Below are positions 34,872-43,797 of a stretch of 49,754 nt of DNA, piece after piece. The notes under the pieces are model-generated. The model worked only from the letters and a program-made list of their open reading frames with translations. It had not been told where the DNA came from and made no database searches. Origin of the DNA: an uncultured Clostridia bacterium (GTDB lineage Bacteria > Bacillota > Clostridia > RGIG7378); assembly GCA_964500525.1 (NCBI GenBank), contig CAZCOE010000066.1, positions 1 through 49,754 of the forward strand. The letters run 5' to 3'. Both the position numbers and the translations under genes were made by a program. Numbering within the stretch: the stretch's first letter is position 1; every line of letters starts with the position of its first letter.

Positions 34872-35609
34872 TCAAGTCATATCTGCCACGTATTTTGCTG
34901 CATCTGCGTCCAGCAGGAATGTACAGTTGGGGTGCAATTGCAGCACAGAGGCCGGGATATCCTCAGTCACAGGACCCTTGAGCATTTGTCGAACTATGTC
35001 GGCCTTGTGCCCACCCTTGGCAATTAATACTATATGGCGAGCATGCATAATGGTCCGGATGCCCAGAGTAAGACCTCCCAGCTCATGGTCAGGGTCCACA
35101 CCGGTCTCCCGGCGTACCCGTTCCTCGAATACGGGATCCATGGGAGAGACCCAGGTCTCGCTGGCAAAGGGGGTTCGAGGCTGGTTGATGCCTATATGTC
35201 CATTGTATCCCAGTCCCAGCATTTGCAGGTCGATTCCGCCCCTGTCCTCCAGGGCCTGCTGGAATTCCCTGCACTCCTCTTCAAAGTTCTCCGACATGGT
35301 CTGGGGCATGATAAAGTTCTCCTCCAGAATGTTCAAAGGACGGGCAATCTGCTCAGCAATCATGGTGTAACAGCAGCCCGGGTAACTGCGGGGCAGGTTG
35401 GTCAGCTCGTCCACATTGAACAGAGTAACCCTGCTGGTGTCAAAGGGGTACTGCCTGTAGATGTCACTGACTATGGCGTGCATATTCTTGGTGGTCTGAC
35501 CGGTGGACAACCCGATAACGGAATCGGGCTTGCGAAGTATCTGCCCGATAATCTCCCAGGCGGCCATCACGTCAAACTCATGTTCGTCCTTAGCGATAAT
35601 GATGTTCAT
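34872..35609 (-). CDS. glucosamine-6-phosphate deaminase/isomerase family protein (NagB-like, divergent)
   Basis: 245 aa. GLSTGQT, NVDE, LGLGYNGHIGINQP (canonical GxGxxGHIxFNEP). Confidence 0.7.
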   Translation of the reverse strand: MNIIIAKDEHEFDVMAAWEIIGQILRKPDSVIGLSTGQTTKNMHAIVSDIYRQYPFDTSRVTLFNVDELTNLPRSYPGCCYTMIAEQIARPLNILEENFIMPQTMSENFEEECREFQQALEDRGGIDLQMLGLGYNGHIGINQPRTPFASETWVSPMDPVFEERVRRETGVDPDHELGGLTLGIRTIMHARHIVLIAKGGHKADIVRQMLKGPVTEDIPASVLQLHPNCTFLLDADAAKYVADMT

Positions 35610-36559
35610 TTTGATTCCTCCAATCCTTTTATGGCATTCCCGCAGGCGCCCATCACCCCGATATTCCGGGGATCCAGCCCAGTGCGCACAACACCCCCTG
35701 TCACATAGCGCATAGTGAAGGGATTCAACCTGTCCAAAACCTTTCTGTACAGAAAATCTGTTGACATTAACCCGCCTCCCAGCACCACCAGCTCCGGGTC
35801 ACAAAATCGGACCATATTCATAATCAGGTTCCCCAGGGCCTTGGCTGCATTGTCTGTCAAGGTCCTGCACAGGGGGTCGATTTCGTACAGAGACAAAATC
35901 TCTGCCCCGCTAATTCGTGTGCCCACCGGTGGAATTGCCAGAATGGTGTCTGGATACTGGGGTGCAAGCAGTCGGGCGCATAGGTCCAGACCGGATCCGG
36001 ATGCCACTGACTCCACGCAGTCCGGCCTGCCGCAGGCACAGGGTGCATGGAAGTCAATGCCGGAGGCGCTGTGGCCCACTTCCCCGGCGTTACAGTGCCC
36101 GCCGGTGATCAGCCTTTTCTTGCTGACAATGGCAGCCGCAATGCCGGTGCCCACATTTATATAGATCCAATTGTCATAATCCTTGCCCCGACCGAAGAGT
36201 ATTTCTGCCTTGGTTGCGCTGCGCACATCGTTATCCGCAAAGCACGGCAGCCCGTACCGCTTTTGCAGGCTGTCTGATATGGGCAGCACCTCTGCCCGGT
36301 CGTGGTCTATTTCTAGCCATGTTCCTGTGGAACTGTCAATTCGGCCAATGAGACCCAACCCAATTGCCACAGGTCTTTTGTCCGCAGGGCGTTCCTCCAG
36401 GGCCTTGTCCAGAGCACTTTCAATCAGGTTCAGCGCTTCTCTCTGTCCCAAATACCCCGACGGATACTCCCTGGTCCACAGCAAATTGCCCTCAAGGTCT
36501 GATTCACCTATCTTCAGCTTGGTTCCGCCCAAATCCACGCCCAAATATGTGTTCTCCAC
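35606..36559 (-). CDS. ROK-family sugar kinase
   Basis: 317 aa. GTG start with GGAGGAA upstream. LGVDLGGTKLKIG, GEVGH, CACGRPDCVESVASG. No N-terminal HTH, so kinase-type. Confidence 0.8.
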   Translation of the reverse strand: MENTYLGVDLGGTKLKIGESDLEGNLLWTREYPSGYLGQREALNLIESALDKALEERPADKRPVAIGLGLIGRIDSSTGTWLEIDHDRAEVLPISDSLQKRYGLPCFADNDVRSATKAEILFGRGKDYDNWIYINVGTGIAAAIVSKKRLITGGHCNAGEVGHSASGIDFHAPCACGRPDCVESVASGSGLDLCARLLAPQYPDTILAIPPVGTRISGAEILSLYEIDPLCRTLTDNAAKALGNLIMNMVRFCDPELVVLGGGLMSTDFLYRKVLDRLNPFTMRYVTGGVVRTGLDPRNIGVMGACGNAIKGLEESK

Positions 36560-36573
36560 TGCTGCTTCCTCCG

Positions 36574-36786
36574 TTATAGATGTTCTTCTCTCTCCCGCAG
36601 CTCAAATTGCTGCCTTGTCAGCCGGGAATAAAACCGGTCCACAGCGGCCAGGGCCACGGCGGCCACAAATCTGGCCTGTTCCAGAGTTATGGGATCGTGT
36701 CCAAAGAGCTCATCAAAGTTGCCTCCCGGCATTAACAGCTCCTTCTCCACCTCTTCCAACAGCTCGTGATAATCCAAACGATTCAT
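36574..36786 (-). CDS. hypothetical 70-aa protein inside the sugar operon
   Basis: Preferred start is ATG 36786 (MNRLDYHELLEEVEKE...) with AAGAGGTG upstream; the ORF track starts at 36813. Helical and acidic; no family recognised. Confidence 0.45.
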   Translation of the reverse strand: MNRLDYHELLEEVEKELLMPGGNFDELFGHDPITLEQARFVAAVALAAVDRFYSRLTRQQFELREREEHL

Positions 36787-36814
36787 AGATACACCTCTTT
36801 CAATTTTGAGCAAA

Positions 36815-39169
36815 CTAGGGCAGCAGATCGGCGCAGACCCACAGCCAGCGACAGGCAGAACCTACCCACACCTCCCGGAAGGTGGCGTTGTTGTTTTGGG
36901 GCCAATAGGGCAGATCCTCGTTGTACAGGGTTTCCACTCCCACAGGCACCTCTCCCGTGGTCTCCCCGGACAAGACCGCATATTGGCTGCAGTAATTGCT
37001 GCCCACTCCATATATCAACGACTGTCCGAAGGGATTCTTGCCCCACATCCAGTAGAGTTGCTCTCTGGCCAGGGTCAGCAGCTCTCCATCCTCAAAATAC
37101 CGTCCCAGGATGCTTGCCGCCTTGCCCATAGAGAGCATTACCGCCGAGTTACCCCTGAATGAGAACCACACCGGGAAGTTTTTCAGCACATACCCATTGC
37201 CCAAGGACTTTCCCCTGGACAATTGCTCTATGTAATTCTCCCGCTCCGCTTCATAATCGCAGGTGACATGGAGAAATGGGAATGTGTCCCTGTTCTCAAC
37301 CTCATCCATCTTGTAAATTCCGGCGGGCAGCATGCCATAGGGTGCTGTGTTTGGAGCGATTGCCTTCAAATAGTCGCCGTATAGCCTCATGGCCTGTTCC
37401 CAACTCGGCTTTTCCCGTGCCTCCGGCTGGGTGCAGCACAGTGTCTCCAGAGCCTGCACGAATTGGTGTTCCCGAGACTGATGATTGAAATGCACAATAG
37501 CTCTGTGGCTTTCGTCCCGATAGAAGAAACCGGTCAACTCCAGCCCAGCTTCCCCTCGCTCCTGACAGGCCAGCAGTTTCCGGGCATATTCCCGGGCGGT
37601 TTTTGCATAATAGTCCTCCTTGGTGGACTGATACAGGCAGCTGGCGGCCCAGACGATCACAGCATAGTACTGGGAAAGCCCGCTGTTATAGGTATGCTCA
37701 TACATATGGGCAGGCTCCACGCCAGTCTCGGCAAACTTCTGCTCTGCAAAGGTGAAATCTTCTCTCGCTGCCTTCAGGGCGCAGTCCGCCAGATTTTCAT
37801 CGTATTCTCCCAGGGTTTCGGCAGCATATGCCTCCACGCCGGCTAAAAGAAAGTTCTCAAAGGAGTGATTGTGAACTCTGGCCTCCACATCGTCAAAATT
37901 ACCAATAAGCCCGTCCGTATAGCGGGTAGCTCCTGCGCTGGTGGCCCGGTATCCATCCCCAAAGCGGGTGCGGAGAATAAAGTCCAGACCCCACTGGGCC
38001 TCCTCCATCAGCCTGAGGTACAGCGGGCTGCCGAGCTTGCACCGGCGGGCATTTTCAAAGAGAGCCTGGACCACTTCACCGGTCTGGGCCGCCTGCTGGG
38101 ACACATCTCCTGCATCGTGCCAGCCCCCGGAAAAGCTCATGGTCCCTCCCTTGTGATGAGCCACGATATCCTGATGGCAGGCTCCGTGCTTACCCGGTAC
38201 CGGGAAACCACAGCGCTGGCAGTAGAAGAAGTTCAGGACTTTCCATAGGGATTCGGTGCAGATATCCTCCCCGATCTCAAAGGTGCAGCTCTTCACATCA
38301 CCAGCCTGGAGGTAATATTGCCCGGGAGTCTCAAAATCGGTGAAATCCAGCAGTTCAAAGGAGCCATTGGGGTTAATAACTTTCTTGACAGGCCCTGCGA
38401 ACAAGGCTTCTCCCGTATGGGCCTGAACCAATTGAAACTCATGGCTGTCCACAGTTCCAATGGCGGTTTTCTTTCCATGGGGCCAATAGCCCACTGTAGA
38501 AAGCCGAATTCCGGGTCTGGGGTTCTCCCAGCCATGCTCATGCTCCGGACTCTCCACTCGCTCCAGAACTATATTCCTATATGTATAGGCCAGTTCCTCA
38601 CCGGCAGAAACGTCATGGCCGCTGCAAAAAACGTAGAAGGACAACTTGCATACTGCGTCTCTGGGCATGGCGGCGAACTCCCAAATACAGTCATTCCACC
38701 GGCCATTTTCCAAATCGAACACGGTAGCTCCTTCCCTGAAATAGGGATCCGGAACCGGAATCTCTCCACGGCTCTCCACCGAAACATTCAGGTGCAGGAT
38801 GCGGGCTCCCAAAATGTGGGGCATTACCTGGAGACGCAGGCGATTGTAGGGGCGCCAGTCCTCCTGGGTGAAGGAAAAGCACATTTGCGCTGTGCCGAAA
38901 TTGGAATAGTCCCCATCCGCCGAGGCCCCTGTAGGCCAATGATCAGCCCGCAATGGGGCGCATACGAGAATCTCATCCCCACGAACCTCCACAGAGGCTA
39001 ATCCTCCTGCCGTGGGTTCTGCCACTCTGGTTTCCCCCTGGTACAGAGGTCGTGCAGACAGCACTTGCTTCTCCGGAAAACCCGCCTCCAGGGAACCCTC
39101 CCTATGCAGTGGCAATGGGCGGTGGACATAAAGGCTCTCCTGAAGCTCCATTAAAAACTCTTCCCGCAT
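36815..39169 (-). CDS. GH9-like glycoside hydrolase: cytoplasmic, with an N-terminal extra domain plus an Ig-like domain
   Basis: 784 aa with no signal peptide. GGWHDAGD (GH9 DAGD signature). An Ig-like CelD_N-type segment (STVGYWPHGKKTAI...DFTDFETPGQYYL...FEI). The C-terminus reads YWMWGKNPFGQSLIYGVGSNY...FREVWVG. GGAGGA RBS. Confidence 0.7.
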   Translation of the reverse strand: MREEFLMELQESLYVHRPLPLHREGSLEAGFPEKQVLSARPLYQGETRVAEPTAGGLASVEVRGDEILVCAPLRADHWPTGASADGDYSNFGTAQMCFSFTQEDWRPYNRLRLQVMPHILGARILHLNVSVESRGEIPVPDPYFREGATVFDLENGRWNDCIWEFAAMPRDAVCKLSFYVFCSGHDVSAGEELAYTYRNIVLERVESPEHEHGWENPRPGIRLSTVGYWPHGKKTAIGTVDSHEFQLVQAHTGEALFAGPVKKVINPNGSFELLDFTDFETPGQYYLQAGDVKSCTFEIGEDICTESLWKVLNFFYCQRCGFPVPGKHGACHQDIVAHHKGGTMSFSGGWHDAGDVSQQAAQTGEVVQALFENARRCKLGSPLYLRLMEEAQWGLDFILRTRFGDGYRATSAGATRYTDGLIGNFDDVEARVHNHSFENFLLAGVEAYAAETLGEYDENLADCALKAAREDFTFAEQKFAETGVEPAHMYEHTYNSGLSQYYAVIVWAASCLYQSTKEDYYAKTAREYARKLLACQERGEAGLELTGFFYRDESHRAIVHFNHQSREHQFVQALETLCCTQPEAREKPSWEQAMRLYGDYLKAIAPNTAPYGMLPAGIYKMDEVENRDTFPFLHVTCDYEAERENYIEQLSRGKSLGNGYVLKNFPVWFSFRGNSAVMLSMGKAASILGRYFEDGELLTLAREQLYWMWGKNPFGQSLIYGVGSNYCSQYAVLSGETTGEVPVGVETLYNEDLPYWPQNNNATFREVWVGSACRWLWVCADLLP

Positions 39170-39233
39170 GGCGCATTCCTCCTTTGTTCTCTGGTTTTAA
39201 TATAAAATGAAAAGCTGTTCATTTCAAGTAGGG

Positions 39234-39345
39234 GCATCGCGAAGGGAAGCTTCGTGCGAAGCTTTGCGACCCAGTGAAGAGTGTAGAGTGATGAGTGAAG
39301 AGTTCTGGTCCCCTTGCTCCCATGCTCGATTATTCACTCTCACAA
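39234..39345. repeat. single (+) unit of the modular repeat, with upstream GCGAAGC-type hairpins, between the MFS and GH9 genes
   Basis: 39270-39329: CCCAGTGAAGAGTGTAGAGTGATGAGTGAAGAGTTCTGGTCCCCTTGCTCCCATGCTCGA. It is preceded by CGAAGggaaGCTTCG / GCGAAGCtttGCGA. Confidence 0.85.
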
Positions 39346-39359
39346 GGACGCGAATCTTC

Positions 39360-40547
39360 CTATCCTCTGCTGAACTTCCGATTGAGAAGGATTAACCCGA
39401 AAACAAGTATCAGCGGAAACCCGGCAGCTACAAGCAGTCCCGTCTTAAGATTACCGCCAAACATATTGGATACAGTGCCCACCATTGCAGGACTTACAGT
39501 AGCACCTAAATCTCCCGCCAGGGCTAAAAAGGCGAACATAGCTGTTCCGCCTCTCGGACACTTTTGCGAAGCAATACTGATGGATCCCGGCCACATGATG
39601 CCAACCGAAATGCCGCAAAGGGCACATCCAGCCAGGCCAATAATCGGCAAGGGTGACAGGGATGCCGTCAAATAGCAGATCACACATAACAGGCCGCAAA
39701 CCGTCATTGTTTTGACCAGGTCCAGCTTCTTGCTCATTTTGCCATATATGACCCGGGATAATCCCATAAATACCGCAAACAGGCAGGGACCGGCCAGATC
39801 TCCCACTGTTTTGGAAACACCTATTGCAGACTCTGTAAACGCAGACGCCCATTGTGCCATGGATGCCTCGGATGCGCCGGAGCATACCATAAGCAGTATC
39901 AATAGCCAAAACAGCGGCAGCCTAAGTAATTCACCGGAGCGCATACTCTCGCCGTCTTCAACCAATCGTTCAATAGGGCATGTGAGAAAGTTGAACGCAT
40001 TGAGCAATGGTACTACTGCCCAAATCACCGCAAGTATCTTCCAGTTTGCCAGGCCAAATACAGCGAAAAACAGCGTGGAGCCCAGGATTACACCCACTGC
40101 GCCCCAACAGTAAAAGGAGTGCAGCAAACTCATCACGCCTGCCTTGTTTTCAAAGGGGCACGCTTCCACAATCGGACTTACCAATACCTCAATTAGTCCG
40201 CTCCCCACCGCATAGAGCACAACTGCAATCAGAATTCCCATAAACGGGACGGGGAGCAACTCCGGCAGGAAAGCCAATAGAACAAGGCCCGCTGCGGATA
40301 ACACCTGGGATGCCACTACACAGGTGCGATACCCCACTTTATCCACAAATTTCGTGGCTGCAAAATCAATTATCAATTGGGTCAAATAGAACACAAGGGG
40401 AATCAGCGCAAGTTTTTCAAATCCGATCACATAGGTACCCTTGAATGTTAAAAAAAGGAGGGGTGTGAAGTTGGCGGATATGGCTTGGGTAACGAAGCCC
40501 AGATAGCAAGCTATAAGTGTTTTTTTGTAGTTCTTTTGCTTAGTCAT
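39360..40547 (-). CDS. MFS transporter
   Basis: 395 aa with about 12 hydrophobic segments. AAGGAG RBS. First gene of the sugar array. Confidence 0.8.
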   Translation of the reverse strand: MTKQKNYKKTLIACYLGFVTQAISANFTPLLFLTFKGTYVIGFEKLALIPLVFYLTQLIIDFAATKFVDKVGYRTCVVASQVLSAAGLVLLAFLPELLPVPFMGILIAVVLYAVGSGLIEVLVSPIVEACPFENKAGVMSLLHSFYCWGAVGVILGSTLFFAVFGLANWKILAVIWAVVPLLNAFNFLTCPIERLVEDGESMRSGELLRLPLFWLLILLMVCSGASEASMAQWASAFTESAIGVSKTVGDLAGPCLFAVFMGLSRVIYGKMSKKLDLVKTMTVCGLLCVICYLTASLSPLPIIGLAGCALCGISVGIMWPGSISIASQKCPRGGTAMFAFLALAGDLGATVSPAMVGTVSNMFGGNLKTGLLVAAGFPLILVFGLILLNRKFSRG

Positions 40548-40575
40548 GACTGCTCCTTGGGGGGTCGGTTGGCTT

Positions 40576-41382
40576 TTACCTTAAACCAAGACTTACAGCC
40601 AATTCATCAAGATACTCAATGTGGCCATGATTTGCGCCGTACAAGGTTACATAACCGTCTTTTTCAGCGGTTATATCTTGTTCCATAAAAACAACACGTT
40701 CGCCCTTTTTGAGATACTGTTTACGCCCGTTTTCCGCCAAATCGTTATATTCCTTTACGGCAGATTGATAATAAAGCTCAAATAGTTCTTTGGCTTTTTC
40801 TTCATTTCCAAGATGACCATATATCATACATTCTTCCAAAAGGATTAAGGAATTCATATTGTCCAACAAAGGATAATCTCTTCTATGGGCAAGAATGGCC
40901 TCTCTGCTATTCATGGTTTCATAAGCAGGCAGAACATATTGATCTATTTCACAAATAATGCTGTCAATAATTTTCGTTACCTTCTTGCGAAGGTCATACC
41001 ATGTTTCCTCTTTGCCGCTAACAATTCCCAGTCTTGAACGAATTGTGCACTCGTACTCGTGGTAGTATTTTTTCTTTTCAGCTTGGGGCTGAAAAGTTCG
41101 TTCGGAGCATTCCGGAATACGAATGCCTAAATTCACACAAAGGAGCCCGCCCATCCCGTGCGAAGGCATACCGATTTGAAAGTGAATAACTTGTGAAATA
41201 TCTTCCGAGACAAAACGATGGAGTGTTCTGCCGTGTTTTTTAAACCTATACGGCTTGATATGAGCATATACAGCAGACTCGATTTCATCGACAACTTGAG
41301 TTGTATTAATTTCAGTTTTATTATTGAATAAGCTGAACACTGTTTTGCACTCTTTTCTTTGTATACAACCACTTGCAACCAT
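40576..41382 (-). CDS. hypothetical protein (DUF4304-like?)
   Basis: 268 aa. IKPYRFKKHGRTLHRFVSEDISQVIHFQ...LCVNLGI resembles my recollection of DUF4304. Very low GC compared with its neighbours. Confidence 0.4.
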   Translation of the reverse strand: MVASGCIQRKECKTVFSLFNNKTEINTTQVVDEIESAVYAHIKPYRFKKHGRTLHRFVSEDISQVIHFQIGMPSHGMGGLLCVNLGIRIPECSERTFQPQAEKKKYYHEYECTIRSRLGIVSGKEETWYDLRKKVTKIIDSIICEIDQYVLPAYETMNSREAILAHRRDYPLLDNMNSLILLEECMIYGHLGNEEKAKELFELYYQSAVKEYNDLAENGRKQYLKKGERVVFMEQDITAEKDGYVTLYGANHGHIEYLDELAVSLGLR

Positions 41383-41504
41383 TCCTTTTTACATTTTTAT
41401 TTTTGCTTGTTGCAAAAGTGTTGCAACAGTTCTTTCCCTAATTGAAAAAATGCCCGAAAGCCCTTTATTTCCAAGAGCTCCCGGGCACTTGTAAGCCAGT
41501 AAGA

Positions 41505-42485
41505 TTATTCCCACTCGATTGTTGCCACAGGCTTGGGTGTCAGGTCGTACAGCACCCGGTTGATGCCTTCCACCTCAGCGGTGATTCGTGCTGTAACCTT
41601 GTTCAGCAGCTGATAGGGCAGCTCCTCGATGGTGGCTGTCATTGCGTCTGTGGTGTTGATAGCCCGGATGATTGCCGGCCAACCCTCGTAGCGCTTGCCG
41701 TTCTTGACGCCTACGCTCTTCATGTCTGGCACTGCGATGAAGTACTGCCAAACCTTGCCTGCCAGGCCAAAGTTCTCAAACTCCTCACGCAGGATGGCGT
41801 CTGCCTCTCTCAATGCATGGAGACGATCTCTGGTAATAGCGCCCAGGCAGCGAACTCCCAGTCCGGGACCGGGGAAAGGCTGACGATACACCATGCTGTG
41901 GGGCAGTCCCAAGGCCTCGCCCACAACTCTTACCTCGTCCTTGAACAGCAGCTTGACGGGCTCAACCAGCTCAAACTTAATATTCTCAGGCAGTCCGCCC
42001 ACATTGTGGTGTGCCTTGACTCCGTCGGATTCCAAAATGTCGGGATAGATAGTGCCCTGGGCCAGGAATGAAATGCCCTCCAGCTTCTTGGCCTCCTCAT
42101 CGAATACCTTGATGAACTCGGCGCCGATGATCTTGCGCTTTTTCTCAGGCTCCTGTACTCCTGCCAACAGGTCCAGGAAACGGTCTGTAGCATCTACATA
42201 GATCAGGTTGGCGTCCATCTGCCTGCCAAATACCTCCAGAACCTGCTCGCTCTCTCCCTTGCGCATGAGGCCGTGGTTTACGTGTACACAGACCAGCTGC
42301 TTGCCTACTGCCTTAATCAACAGGGCAGCTACTACAGATGAGTCAACTCCGCCGGACAGTGCCAGCAGTACCTTCTTGTCGCCAATCTGAGCTCTCAGCT
42401 CAGCAATCTGCTGGTCGATAAATTCATTGGCCAACTGGGGTGTTGTGATGCGTGTCATAGATTCGGGTCGCTTGTTACCGTTCAT
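41505..42485 (-). CDS. guaA: GMP synthase, ATP-pyrophosphatase plus dimerisation domains only (no glutamine amidotransferase domain)
   Basis: 326 aa. LALSGGVDSSV (PP-loop), AQGTIYPD, HHNVGGLP, FPGPGLG, and the terminal PVATIEWE. GGAGGA RBS 7 nt before ATG 42485. Confidence 0.9.
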   Translation of the reverse strand: MNGNKRPESMTRITTPQLANEFIDQQIAELRAQIGDKKVLLALSGGVDSSVVAALLIKAVGKQLVCVHVNHGLMRKGESEQVLEVFGRQMDANLIYVDATDRFLDLLAGVQEPEKKRKIIGAEFIKVFDEEAKKLEGISFLAQGTIYPDILESDGVKAHHNVGGLPENIKFELVEPVKLLFKDEVRVVGEALGLPHSMVYRQPFPGPGLGVRCLGAITRDRLHALREADAILREEFENFGLAGKVWQYFIAVPDMKSVGVKNGKRYEGWPAIIRAINTTDAMTATIEELPYQLLNKVTARITAEVEGINRVLYDLTPKPVATIEWE

Positions 42486-42606
42486 ATATTATCCTCCGCA
42501 ATAAAATATACAAATCTACAATGTTGTTATACACCTGCCAAGGGCCAAGAGCAATTGGTTTTGTCACAAAAACCCCTTCTTTTCGCCCCTTTTACAGGTG
42601 ATTAAC

Positions 42607-43797
42607 TCATGACATTTCGTGGATCTCCGGCACGAACTCCCTGTCCACAGTAATGACGGCAATGTACTTCCGGTCCAGTTCCGTGATTCTCCGGCTGATT
42701 TCCTGGGAAAGTTCCTTGGGCGTAAACTGTTCCACCTCATAGGGCTGCAGAACGTCGAATATGAGGTTAGTGTGGGTGGATCCTGCCACCATGCGAAAAT
42801 CGTGGATAGTCAGGCGGCTGTCTATTGCCTTGACCAGCTGGGACACCATATGTTTGGTCTCCAACACCACCTGGTCGTCGTCCTCAATGGGATCCATATG
42901 AATAACCATGCGGATGTTGTGTTGAACCCAGAAGTCCCTCTCTATATTATCGATCATGTCGTGGGCCTCCAGCATATCCGAGTGGGCCGATACCTCCACA
43001 TGCACTGACGCAAACCACATGTTTGGTCCATAGTTGTGCACCATCAGATCATGTATTCCCTTCACTCCGGAATAGCTGCCAATGTGTTCGTAAATTGTCT
43101 TAATCAGCGCCTGGTCCGGGGCCTGGCCCAGCAGCACCTTCATATTCTCCTTTGCTATGCCAATGCCGGAATAGCATATAAACAGTGCAACCAGGCAGCC
43201 CATATAGCCATCCAGATTAACACCTGTGTTTGCAGAGATAATAGACGTTACCAGAACTGCTGCAGTAGCTACCACGTCCGCCAAGCTGTCGGCGGCTGTG
43301 GCATACATCATGCCGGAATCTACTATTTTGCCCAACTTGCGGTTGAACAGATACAGCCACAGTTTTCCGAATATGGATACTATCAGCACCACTGCAATCA
43401 GTGCATTAAATTCCATGTCTGCAGGTGCAAATATTTTCTCAATGGAGCTTCTGCCCAGCTCAATGCCCAGAAACAGAATCAGGAATGCCACAATCAGTGT
43501 GGTTATGTATTCAACCCGGGCATGACCAAAGGGATGCTCCTTGTCTGCCGGTCTGGCAGCCATCTTGAACCCAACAAATGAGATTATGGAGGACCCGGCG
43601 TCGGACAAGTTATTGGCGCCGTCTGCCATAATGGAAATGCTGCCGGAAATCAGTCCCATGCCCATCTTTGCAACAGACAGCAGCAGGTTAACCAATATAC
43701 CTGTAATGCTGCTCAGGTATCCATATTTTCTGCGCACATTTGCGTCCTGAACGTTGTCCCTGTCCTTGATAAACAGTCTGATTAATAGTTTTGTCAT
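42607..43797 (-). CDS. cation diffusion facilitator family transporter
   Basis: 396 aa. Six TM helices with DSLADV-type motifs and a cytoplasmic C-terminal domain. The start overlaps the upstream stop (ATGA). Confidence 0.85.
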   Translation of the reverse strand: MTKLLIRLFIKDRDNVQDANVRRKYGYLSSITGILVNLLLSVAKMGMGLISGSISIMADGANNLSDAGSSIISFVGFKMAARPADKEHPFGHARVEYITTLIVAFLILFLGIELGRSSIEKIFAPADMEFNALIAVVLIVSIFGKLWLYLFNRKLGKIVDSGMMYATAADSLADVVATAAVLVTSIISANTGVNLDGYMGCLVALFICYSGIGIAKENMKVLLGQAPDQALIKTIYEHIGSYSGVKGIHDLMVHNYGPNMWFASVHVEVSAHSDMLEAHDMIDNIERDFWVQHNIRMVIHMDPIEDDDQVVLETKHMVSQLVKAIDSRLTIHDFRMVAGSTHTNLIFDVLQPYEVEQFTPKELSQEISRRITELDRKYIAVITVDREFVPEIHEMS

